Shown here: in pieces, positions 51,690-64,000 of the stretch | How positions within the stretch are numbered: the first letter of the stretch is position 1 | Layout: each line of letters starts with the position of its first letter | NCBI RefSeq assembly: GCF_006345805.1 | Contig: NC_043004.1 | Location: 54,064,001-54,128,000 of the forward strand | Source of the DNA: Octopus sinensis | Lineage: Eukaryota | Reading direction: 5' to 3' | DNA length: 64,000 nucleotides | Program-made: the position numbers and the translations under genes | Notes under the pieces: generated by a model | What the model was told of the DNA's origin: nothing | The model's input: the letters and a program-made list of their open reading frames with translations, nothing else | The model's database searches: none

Positions 51690-54200
51690 GGAATGTGGGG
51701 AAGCATGCAGACCTGACGGGTTGGAAGCATGTAGTTAGCGACCTGCACGTAGGCGGCCCATGCTAGATATGTCTCCCAAGACAGCGGTAGGATTCGGTTG
51801 CTGCATAGGTGTCTGAGCAGCTCCATTTGGAGAGGGCACTGCTCACCTGGAGACCGGGGAGGTTCTAGAAAAGGTGAACCATAATTTCCTGTCTCTCCAT
51901 ATCTGGTCAGTTTAGCGCGACTGGCGGATGTCCACCCTGCGCTCGAAAAACAAAGAGTCTTTTATCTATAAAATCTGGACGGAACTTAAACATTTCATGT
52001 TGGAATGTGCGCACCCTGTTGGACAACAAGAGTGACTGCAGGCCTGAAAGACGCACTGCACTTGTTGCTCGTGAGCTGAACCGTTATAGAATTGCTATAG
52101 CTGCACTCTCAGAGACTCGTATAGAAGGTGATGGTCAGCTTGAGGAAGTAGGAGATAGAATCACCTTTTTTTGGAAAGGAAGGCAGAAGGAGGAGCGCAG
52201 AGAGGCTGGTGTTGGTTTTGCAGTCCGATCTGATATCCTTAAGAAGTCGGAAGAGCCCCCTGTTCCTATTAATGAACGTATAATGACCCTACGGTTGCAC
52301 TTGAAAGGTAAGCGGTTTGCTACTCTAATAAGTGCCTATGCACCTACTTTGCCTAGCTGTGATGAAGATAAAACAATCTTTTATACCCAGCTGAGAGCCA
52401 TACTTAGAAAAATCCCCAATTCTGATAAAGTCATTCTACTGGGAGATTTTAATGCCAGAGTTGGAACAGACTTGCAAACATGGAACTCTCTAGGACGTTT
52501 TGGAGTAGGGAAAATGAATAGCAATGGTCTCATGCTACTGGAGCTTTGCGAAGAACATGGACTTTACATTGCAAGCACAAAGGTGATCACACAACAACAT
52601 GGATGCATCCAAGGTCCAAAGTTTGGCACTTGCTGGATTATGTCATCATCAGCAAGCGCGACATTTATGACATTTGTAAGGTCAAGTCCTTGCATGGATC
52701 AGAATGCTGGACAGACCACAGTCTGGTGCGAGCAAAGTTCCGAATGGTGATTAGGGCGAAAGAGAGAAGAGGACCAGTCAGCATTCCTCGCCTAAATGTC
52801 CACAAGGTATATGATGTTGGGTTTAGGAAAGAGCTTCAGACTCGCTTGTCCGATCTGGTTGAGGGACAATGGATATGCTTTTCACAGCAGGACAGATGTA
52901 GGAGAAGTGCTATGAGCAGAATATGGATCTTGTCCAGGTATTCATTGATTTAACTAAGGCCTTTGATACTGTAAATAGGGCCTTTCTATGGAAAATACTC
53001 GGCAAACTTGGATGTCCTGATCACTTTGTATCTATAATTAAATCATTTGATGATGAGATGGAGGCTTGGGTCAATGTTGGTGGTGCCATGGCGGGACCCA
53101 TTCCTGTAGAGAATGGTGTCAAGCAGGGTGACATCCTTGCCCCAACTCACTTTTCTTTGTACTTTGCTGCTGCTTTTACTCATGCTTTTGCTAAGGTTAG
53201 CTCTCTGGGAATATATGTCAAATATCGAAAATCTGGCGGCCTCTTTAATCTTCGCCGATTTGCTGCCAATTCAAAGGTTTCTCAGTCTATTATTCGTGTC
53301 CTCCTTTATGCAGATGACTGTGACTTAGTCACTCATACAGTGGATGACATACAAATACTCATGAATTGCATTTCTGCTTCTTGCAGGGCATTTGGATTCA
53401 GCATTAGCCTGGACAAGACTGTTGTAATGTTCCAGCCTGCACCAGGAAATCCATATATAGAACCAGCTATCTTGGTTGAAGGAACAATTCTGAAGGTAGT
53501 AGATAAGTTTGTCTACCTGGGCAGCACACTCAGTCGTTCTTGCTCCCTGGATGAGGAAATATCTTTCAGGTTGCAGAGAGCAACTAATTCCTTCCGGTCT
53601 CTTCAGTCTCGTGCGTGGTCCCAACATGGCATCGCAAGGAGAACAAAAGTTGCTGTGTACCGTGCTTGTGTACTGACATCGCTTCTCTACTCATGTGAGA
53701 CATGTGGACTCTGTACAAATGTCAGGTAAGGGTCCTTGAACGTTTTCATCAGAGATGTCTCAGACACATTCTCAATGTTGGCTGGACCTCAAAAATTCCA
53801 GACACACTAGATCCTGAGGACAGCTGATATCTTGGGTATTGAGGCGATGGTGCGCAAGAACGGATTGCATAGGACTGGTCACCTTATTAGAATGAAGGAT
53901 AGAAGGATTCCTAAGCAGATGCTCTATGGAGAACTTGTGAATGGAAGGAGACTCCAGCAGGAACCAAGGCTGCGATTTAAGGACTGTGTCAAGTCCTCAT
54001 TAAAGGCCTGTGATATGCAGGACACTGACTGGGAGAACAATGCCTGTCATCGCCACAGATGGAGGAAGCAGGTTAAGGAGGGGATCGACACTTTTGAGAG
54101 AGCACGTATCCAGCATGAAGAACTTATGCGTGCGGCGCGAAAGCGCACGGCTCGTATAGTGAATGGGGAAAGCTTGATCTGCAATGTTTGTTTTCAAGAT
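51690..54200 (+). pseudogene. RTE (BovB/RTE-X-like) LINE with an internal deletion and frameshifts
   Basis: CWNVRTLLD..RPERRTALVARELNRY..ALSETR, LGDFNARVG, WMHPRSK.WHLLDY, FIDLTKAFDTV, VKQGDILAP, YADD and RIPKQMLYGEL. The EN region joins the RT abruptly near 52860. Confidence 0.92.
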
Positions 54201-54934
54201 TTCTTGCCAATAGAAAAAAGCCGTTTCTAACCTAGATTCAAAGCTCCTTCATTAGAATTTCAGCATCAACAGCCGGATATTTTTATTTCTATGTATGTAT
54301 GTATGTATGTATGTATGTATGTATGTATGTATGTATATGTGCAGATATGCACGTTTTGCATTATGTATGTAGTCTTATGCATATATAGACTTGCTCATAT
54401 ATATTTAAATGATAAATATCTGGTAAGTTTTAAGGTCATTACAGTTCCAGTGACGGATTGGATCTGTAGTCTTTGAATTAGTATTCTCCTATCTGGTTTT
54501 GAGAAGCCTAATTTCTTAAGATTTGTATTTAGGCAGGGCTCCAATAATTACAGGTATAAACCTGAATTTGTAGCCTGGATAGAATAACTTCAGATTTCTC
54601 AATAGTTCAGTATCGGTATTCTCTTTTCCAATGATCTTCAGCTTTATGTTAACATCAGCTGGGTAGCTAATTTCCACAACTGCAGTTTTCTCTTCTCTAT
54701 CCTAAATCATCATATCATAATGTATGTATGTATGTATGTATGTATGTATGTGAGTGCATGTATTTATATATATATATATATATATATATTCATATGTTTA
54801 TTTCTATATACAGACATATATGTATATGTATATATGAATATCTATTTGAATATGTATATATATGTATATACATATGGATACATAGATCTGAATATCGAGA
54901 AACATTCGCGTCAAAATTAGTAAATTTATAATAT

Positions 54935-55130
54935 TCCTAGTGTGGCCTTGCAACGGAGGAGAAATGCCGAATGATGACGTCGTGCTCGCTGAATCTGAAA
55001 GTTCTGAGTATCCAGGAGCACTTGCTGGGAGACATATCGATTGTATTGTTGACTTAGGTACTCCAGCTGAGATTGTTGTCAACAATTAATCCAAAGTCCC
55101 TGATATTATGAGGTGATGTAAGTAGTCCCC
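54935..55130 (-). pseudogene. CR1-like RT C-terminal fragment
   Basis: The minus frame reads RDFGLIVDNNLSWST*...CSWILRTF...VARPH*EY. Confidence 0.7.
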
Positions 55131-55666
55131 CGGAAGGAAGAGAACATGTTTGCTTTAACGCATGCTTGTATGTGTGAAGTAAGCAATTCTAATGAAACAG
55201 TATCACCAAAAATATTGTTATAAAACCTGTTTTAAAGGATGTGAACAGACACTGGTTTTCGCGAATCAAAACTTACACGCCTACAATTATTAATACAGGT
55301 TTCGCATCTAGGCAGAAGGCTCCTCACCTTATACTTGATTTGTACAGTATTTTATCGCCTCTACAAAAATTACAAGAACTCTTATCCGTGACTGGATTTG
55401 AACTCCGAATGTAAAGACTCAAAACAAATACGGCAACGAAATTTTTCCACCAATCGAGCAATACTTGAAGAGCCACTTAGGGACATTTCCTAAGTCTTTC
55501 ATACATAGAACATCATTACAAATGCAAATGGATCGGAGAGGGAGATATGAGGTGGGGAAAAGTAATTACATAAAATGAGGGAAGTCGTGATAAGTGTTTA
55601 AAAATGAATATGATAAAGAGTTTAAAAAACCCAGAAAATATACAAATAATTGTGGTGGAAGCACTC

Positions 55667-56042
55667 GGTCGGTTACGACGACGAGGGTTCCGGTTGATCC
55701 GAATCAACGGAACAGCCTGCTCGTGAAATTAACGTGTAAGTGGCTGAGCACTCCACAGACACGTGTAACCTTAACGTAGTTCTCGGGGATATTCAGCGTG
55801 ACACAGAGAGTGACAAGGCTGGCCCTTTGAAATACAGGTACAACAGAAACAGGAAGTAAGAGTGAGAGAAAGTTGTGGTGAAAGAGTACAGCATGGATCA
55901 CCACCATCCCCTGCCGGAGCCTCGTTAAGCTTTTTTAGGTGTTTTCGCTCAATAAACACTCACAACGCCCGGTCTGGGATTCGAAACCGCGATCCTATGA
56001 CCGCGAATCCGTTGCCCTAATCACTGGGCCATTGCGCCTCCA
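55667..56042 (-). mobile_element. tRNA-derived SINE family D
   Basis: tRNA-like head on the minus strand (GGCGCAATGGCCCAGTG...GTTTCGAATCCC). Near-identical to 59832-60200. Confidence 0.85.
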
Positions 56043-56475
56043 CTTACAAATAATTGTAGGAAATAAAACAAAAGAGAATTCTCGGATGACAGGAAGAAGT
56101 CTACGGTCATCTTTGCGAGGCACAGATTTGGTATTTTTCTTATCCTGTCTTTCTCGCTCGCAAGGCAGCTGCCGTTAGTATATTTGCATACCTGTAAATT
56201 AAGGTGCGAAAGAAGAAACCAATAGGGAAAATACCAGATTAAAAAAACAAAACAACTGGAGTGATTGCATCGATCAAACCGTCGAAAGCAGTGCTCCAGA
56301 ATGGCGCCAGTCCTTTAATTAATCAACTAAGAGAATCTTTTCTGTATGTATGTATGTATGTATGTATGTATTATGTATTATATATATATAATATATATAT
56401 AAATTATATATATCTATATATCAACACGAGAGGCTTCAGTTTCCAACTACCAAATCCAATACAAAGATTTGGTGA

Positions 56476-56575
56476 NNNNNNNNNNNNNNNNNNNNNNNNN
56501 NNNNNNNNNNNNNNNNNNNNNNNNNNNNNNNNNNNNNNNNNNNNNNNNNNNNNNNNNNNNNNNNNNNNNNNNNNN
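56476..56575. other. Assembly gap (100 N; true size unknown)
   Basis: A run of exactly 100 N. Confidence 0.99.
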
Positions 56576-57099
56576 TCAGATCATGTAAAATTTAAAAAAT
56601 CGAACAGATTTACCTAATAAAGCCTCTTCAGTGGTGTGGTGTGTGTGGTGTGTGTAGTTGTGTGTGTGCGCGCTGTATGCGTGTGGTGTGTGTGTGGTGT
56701 GTGTCTGCATTTGTGTGTATATATATATATATATATATTATTTATATTATATATATTTAATTAAACCTCGAAATAAGGAGTAATTACAGTCGACAACCGA
56801 GGAGGGGTTAAACTTATGCGGTATTTTGTCCCGTACTTGTCTCTCATCATGTGTTTACGTATTTTATACGCGTTGGTGATGTCCTGTTCTTATTGTATAT
56901 TGTGTGGTAATTTGTCCTGTACTTATCGCTCGTGTGTCTACGTATTTTTCACTCGTTGGTGATGTCCTGTACTTGATATATTTTATAATTATTTTTATTT
57001 TATATATATACTTTGCCGACGTTATTATTTTTCCATTTGACATTTGATAGCCGTTACTTTTAGCGTATTTTAGAAGCAAATTGCACGTAATTTTGTCTA

Positions 57100-57620
57100 T
57101 AGCTGTTAGCTTTTCACTTTTTTATTTACACAAAGGCAAAAAAGCTGCTGTGGCTTACGAATAGATATAAGTTTATGGTGTTGGTTGCTTAATAGAACTA
57201 ACGTGTCTGAAATGGTTTTAAAATTTCCATTCTGGAGACTTTTCAATCAAAGTTGATGATGACCGAATCACAGCCATAACTGAATGTGATTATCATATAA
57301 ACTGTGCAAGAGATTGCGGAAAGGTTAAATATATCACACACAACAATTGAAAATCACTTAAAATGCCTTGGACTCGTGAAGAAGCTCGATATTTGGGTTT
57401 CACATAAATTGAAAGTGATTCACTTAACACAATGAATCAATATTTGCGATATGCATCTCAAGCGCAATGAAATCGATCTTGTTTTGAAACGAATAATTAC
57501 TGGTGATGAAAAATGGATTTTCTAGAATAACATAAATCGAAAATGATCATGGTCCAAGTGTAAAGAACCAGCACAAACCACATCGAAAGCTGAACTGCAT
57601 CCCCAAAACATGTTTGGTGG
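57100..57620 (+). pseudogene. Degenerate mariner transposase
   Basis: Translates as EIAERLNISHTTIENHLKCLGLVKKLDIWV...LKRIITGDEKWI, with stops. Confidence 0.85.
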
Positions 57621-59109
57621 GATTATATGTGTTTTTCAGATATTTACTGCCAAAAATCGATGAATCTGGAGGATGCAATCAACGAAAAATGACCAGTAAA
57701 GTAATTTTACAAAAACGAAATATATATATCCGTTACTGGTTTAAATATGTTTGGGGTATTTTCGAACCCGTAACAACACAGTTTGCTGTATTTTGCCATG
57801 AAAAAATGTTCTCGCTGGAGACAAATAGTTGTAAATACATCGATTCCAACCTCAGCGCTCCCTAAGCAGAGCGTTGATGCATGCATTCCGGAGTGGTTAT
57901 CTTCTCATCAGCAACAGTGACCGGAGAAGTAGTCACGAGAGACAGGTCCCTACTATGATATTTTCCTCATTGTTCAATGAATTGTAGCGCTATTCAGACG
58001 CTAGTCTTTCATAAAATATGGAGATTAGGCGCTAAGCAACGATGTGTATAAATACATACTGCTTGAGGTATATCGAACCCGAAAGAAAGTCATTCACTGT
58101 ATTTTGACTCGCTGTAGACAAATGGTCAGCGCTCAACACTCCGTAACGAGACCGTTGGATGGATGCATTTCTCCAAAACACCCTGTAGAATACTACGCAA
58201 GACTTATCTAGTTATTCACTACATGATGTCATCATACAGTGGAAATGCTGCTTAAATGATTTAAAATAGGATATACTACGATTGTTGAGACGCATTCTTA
58301 CATCTTAAGTACATAGGAGAGATGTTGTGAGTGATATTACCTTTCATGCCTTTTGGGATTGATAAATATGTACCAGTTGAGCGCTGAGGTCGATGAAATC
58401 AACTTAACCTCGACTCCAAAATACATGGACTTGGCTTAAAAATGAAACTAATAACTAGTTTTAGCATTGTATTGCTTTTTCTTGAAAGACTTCTTTCAGT
58501 GAATTCTTCAGACAGGGTGGAAATCTTCAAAAGTCTTCTTTTTTTTTTTCTTACAATATCATTATAACTGTAATATAAAAAAAGTCTAAGAAAAAGGCAG
58601 TCGAAGATATCGGTTTTTCTGCAAGTTATAAGGAAGCAAATTCGTGTGGTGGAGGGATACCCTTCTGTAATTACGACCAAATGATGTAAATTAAAGCCAG
58701 TTTTCTATTTGTCCAACAACTCTCAACAATTCTTGAAGTTTATTGGAATCAACATGATTTCAGTGGAGCTGGATTAAACATATAGCTTATTGAAGTTAGG
58801 GATGCAAATATTTGGGCAACCTTTATATTTCCTGAAATATATACAGACGTGAAACTACCTTGAAGTCTATTGAAATGTCTCATTAAATATTATTTGTGAT
58901 TGAGAATGTACTTGAAATATTGAGTAGTAAAAGAATCTTCGATAACTTATTTTGATAATAATTTAATATAACTTGAATTTATTGAAATTTTCCAGACAAC
59001 CTAGCATTTAATTATTGCTTTGTTTTAGTAAGTCACATACGAATAAGCAGCTTTTTCCATTATAATTTGATTTCCCTCCCCCCTTTTTCTTCTTCTTCTT
59101 CTTCTTCGT

Positions 59110-59119
59110 ATTATTATTA

Positions 59120-59159
<40 letters not shown>

Positions 59160-59560
59160 GCTGTTGTTGTTGTTGTTGTCTTTGCACAGCTTCTAATGAT
59201 GGAGATGTACTACAGTGTCAGCTGTTCACTACCAGTGAACTAAGGTAACACCTCTTCCGGAGTATTTCTGCAAGTGCTCCACCCTTATTGCAGCACCTAT
59301 TTGTTCCACCTATTTCTCGAGATTTTTGCTCACTGTTCCCAGGGCTCCGACAGTTATTGGTACTACTGCTACCTTTTTCATCGACCACAACTGCTTAACT
59401 TCCCAAGCTAACCTGTTATATCTATCGACTTTTCTTTCTTCCTTATGGCATACCTTGTTGTCAGCTGGGTATGCTATGTCTATGATCCAGCATAGTTTGC
59501 TTTCTTTCTCAATCAAGACTATGTCCGGATTACTATCCTCAATTTTATTACTATTATTAT
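59110..59560 (-). pseudogene. 5'-truncated R4/Dong-like element
   Basis: NPDIVLIEKESKLCWIIDIAYPAD..KVDRY..VPITVGALGTVSK; flanked by (AAT)-type repeats. Confidence 0.8.
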
Positions 59561-59831
59561 GTTATTACATATCATTATTTTGGTAGTTGTGTGGGTGATG
59601 TGATAGGCATATATATATCTAGACACCAACATAGATACGTCCATGTAGCTATAGATAAATAGATAAATGGATAGAACTGTAAATAGATATTAGAAACCTT
59701 ATATAGATAGTAGACAAACGGATACATAACTCAGAATAACATATTTACCAAAAATACATACTAGCATCTAAATTTACATACATTTCACAGATATACTCTC
59801 AAAAGAACACAAGCAGAGCATATACGCACAT

Positions 59832-60200
59832 GGAAGCACTCCGTCGGTTACGACGATGAGGGTTCCGGTTGATCCGAACCAACGGAACAGCCTGCTCGTG
59901 AAATTAACGTGTAAGTGACTGAGCATTCCACAGACACGTGTACCCTTAACGTAATTCTCGGGGATATTCAGCGTGACACAGAGAGTGACAAAGCCGGCCC
60001 TTTAAAATACAGGTACAACAGAAACAGGAAGTAAGAGTGAGAGAAAGTTGTGGTGAAAGAGTACAGCAGGGATCACCACCACCCCATGCCGGAGCCTCGT
60101 AGAGCTTTAGGTGTTTTCGCTCAATAAACAGTCACAACGCCCGGTCTGGGAATCGAAACCGCGAGTCCGCTGCCCTAACCACTGGGCCATTGCGCCTCCA
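59832..60200 (-). mobile_element. tRNA-derived SINE family D
   Basis: Near-identical to 55667-56042, with a short deletion in the head. Confidence 0.85.
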
Positions 60201-60599
60201 TATACGCACACATACATACAGAAGCATAAAAAGAGCCATATACAGAGACACACATATACAACTTATGTAACGTTACACAAATATATCATAATGCAAACCA
60301 ACGGCGTATACGACGATTCTCAGACGCACAGACTCCTCAGCTGAATCATAAATTTCTTCGTGGACATCAAATGTCTGATGTGGTTGTTGAAAACTAATAT
60401 CATGCTTCGTTTGTTTACAAATGTTTGGTATTCTCCTACTATTACTAGTCATGTTTACCAAGAAGGCATTAACTAATCAAAATATAATATATAATCTATA
60501 TGAATATACATATGCATATATATATAAATATATGTATAGAGAGAGAGAGAGAGAAAAGAGAGAGAGAGAAAAATGCATATAAGCATTACATCAATGCGT

Positions 60600-61699
<1,100 letters not shown>

Positions 61700-61930
61700 A
61701 AACATTATTGGTGAATTGAAGAAATGGAGCTGAACGCAGATTGAACAGAAATCGTTTATTTCATTCTACACGTGTTTTCGAAAGGCACAAATTACCAAAC
61801 CGATTGAATAATGGACCATATTCAATCGGATTTTGGTAATTTGTGCCTTTCGAAACCGTGTAGAATGAAATAAAACGATTTCTGTTCAATCTGCGTTCAG
61901 CTCCATTTCTTCAATTCACCAATAATGTTT
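61700..61930. repeat. Near-perfect 231-bp palindrome
   Basis: Arms of about 110 bp differing only by a few small indels; loop of about 8 nt. Confidence 0.92.
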
Positions 61931-62086
61931 TAATTTCAATTATCCGCACCAACGCACGGTTGCAACGCCAGATGGTTGTACCTCCAACCGTGCTGTTTAC
62001 TGCTGTGATTTTTGCTACTAAGGTATCGGTTAAACTTTTGATTAATCTACTACAAGATTATTCATCTTTCTATTTCACATAATATA

Positions 62087-62125
<39 letters not shown>

Positions 62126-62467
62126 GCATGTATTTATATACACACACACACATATATATATACATAGATAGATAGATACATACATACATACATACATACA
62201 TACATGTATTTGTTCATGTATACATTCACAACAGACAGACAAACAAATCTTATTAAAAATGCATGACATATACAACAGACAATTGACGTTAAGTAATGGC
62301 CCATCTGAGTACAACTTCCATCCTGTCAATATGAAAACAATGCATAATAAGCTATTGCTATTTAATAGGTCGTTCTTTTTCATTTTGATGAGAAATCATT
62401 CGGTGTGCTACAGGAATAATTGGTTAAATATCGGTCAGTCAGTTTATGGAGGTGAAGTATAGCTATC

Positions 62468-62540
<73 letters not shown>

Positions 62541-62550
62541 CATGATACAA

Positions 62551-62866
62551 CAGTGGTTTGGGCAGCGGACTCGCGGTCGTAGGATCGCGGTTTCGATTCC
62601 CAGACCGGGCGTTGTGAGTGTTTATTGAGCGAAAACACCTAAAGCTTCACGAGGCTCCGGCAGGGATGGTGGTGATCCCAGCTGTACTCTTTCGCCACAA
62701 CTTTCTCTCACTCTTTCTTCTGTTGCCCTGCTCGCTTAGCCAACGGGGTGGCGTCATTTGAAGGCTAAAACAATGCGAAACGCATTGTGACCAGCCATGT
62801 GTAGCAACATCTGATAGCCTGATTGGTCACGGTGATCACGGTGATATAGCATGATATTAGCTTTCA
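62551..62866 (+). mobile_element. SINE family D variant with an alternative tail
   Basis: Same head and body as family D, then GCTTAGCC...GAAGGCTAAAACAATGCG...GGTCACGGTGATA. The same tail occurs alone at 50612-50758. Confidence 0.75.
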
Positions 62867-64000
62867 ACAACCACAGCAGATATTGCTGTCCATGTAGAAA
62901 TTTACATTTCAGACGAGGAGTCTGTGCGTCTGAGAATCGTCGCATACGGCGGTGGTTTGCATATATATATATTGCTTTTGTTATAACTACTATCATCTTT
63001 ATTTACAATCGTCATTGTACTTGCCAATACTATACTTTACATTCGTATCGTTATTTGTTTTTGCAGTATCAAAGTATCATCGTTAACATCATTGTTATTA
63101 TTGAGTGAAAGACCAGCGCATGCCATCAATGTGACACTGTGATACAAATTTAGGAAGCTCAATATACACATCATGACTACCTGCCTGGTAAGGGTACAAC
63201 AGACACATGCATTACAACCATAGGTGCGCGGCATTATGATTTCATATCAAGACAGCGAATGACTTTGCAGGTGTGGCACATTTAGAATTTTCTTCATGTC
63301 GAATAGCCCCATCCCCCTCAAAAGGTCCCTGAATAAAGTTTGTTTATGGATGATGAACGAAACACCCGTGTTTCCAGAAGTGAATTATTGAAATTCCACA
63401 GAATTCCTCTCAACTCATGGCTATGATGCTCCCCCACGTCTTCTGCTCATGATCAGAGTTGCACATGTCATCAGCCACTAAGGGATATGCTCAACTGGTT
63501 AAGGCCAAGCAACTGACAAGCAAATCTGTGGCAATGAACAGAATATTTGACGTAGTCTATCTTTTACACCAAGACAACTGTTCCAATCAGTTAAGATCAG
63601 ATCCATGTGAGCCAGCGGCTGGCATTATATGAATAGCTTTCGATCTTACTTGCTCTGGTTGATTCTGTAAGAGCGAACAGCAACCTCTTCTCGGAGGTCT
63701 CACAGTGTTTCTTTCAGCAAGTTATAAGCTTTGGTATTTGGATGTAAACTTATCGTGTATGACGTTCAACACCCAATCACCAATTACAAAATCCTAGTGT
63801 TTTTCCAATAGAGCAGTTTTTGGGACCTGCTCCCCTTTTGACGTTTTTGAAAACCAAACTTAGAACTATCATACAAAATGCAAAAATGCTATTCCACTTT
63901 TGATACTGACAAACTTAAATTATGTCTCCCCGATGTGAGTTCAGTAGTACATTTATTCACACTATTATTCCCTCCGCCTTAGTGAAGGCGGAGGTATTGT

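Noticed and set aside
54941-55089. Apparent plus-strand terminal exon (WPCNGGEMPNDDVV...)
   Set aside because: The minus strand encodes a recognisable CR1-like RT fragment (RDFGLIVDNNLSW...CSWILRTF), which explains the composition.
55960-56042. tRNA genes at SINE heads (also about 60140-60200, 62551-62610, 35992-36045)
   Set aside because: A/B boxes are present, but there is no complete cloverleaf or acceptor stem and each continues into a repeated SINE body.

Overview
AT-rich, microsatellite-dense eukaryotic DNA with no host protein-coding gene that I can support. The repeat content ((TA)n, (ACAT)n and (AAT)n tracts, several tRNA-headed SINE families, and RTE, CR1-like, R4/Dong-like and mariner debris) points to an octopus genome; this is an inference. 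The main feature is a nested 7.9-kb insertion at 38.9-46.8 kb. There, a tRNA-derived SINE is split at one site by two non-LTR elements in tandem, and the 16-bp target AAGTAGCTTGCTAACC occurs three times. Element A (38921-44351) is a full-length Tx1/L1-clade LINE with a CCHC ORF1 and an open 1130-aa APE-RT-zinc finger ORF2. Element B (44368-46610) carries only a distantly related ORF1 and no RT, yet shares A's 3'-terminal hairpin and target site, so it resembles a 'half-LINE' (HAL1-like) passenger. A second SINE family carries a 21-nt block identical to A's 3' UTR. The window also has several hammerhead-ribozyme-like motifs in Penelope-like repeats, long palindromes and a 264-bp templated inverted insertion. 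SINE family labels A-E are my own. Coordinates of degenerate fragments are approximate, and all alignments were done by eye.
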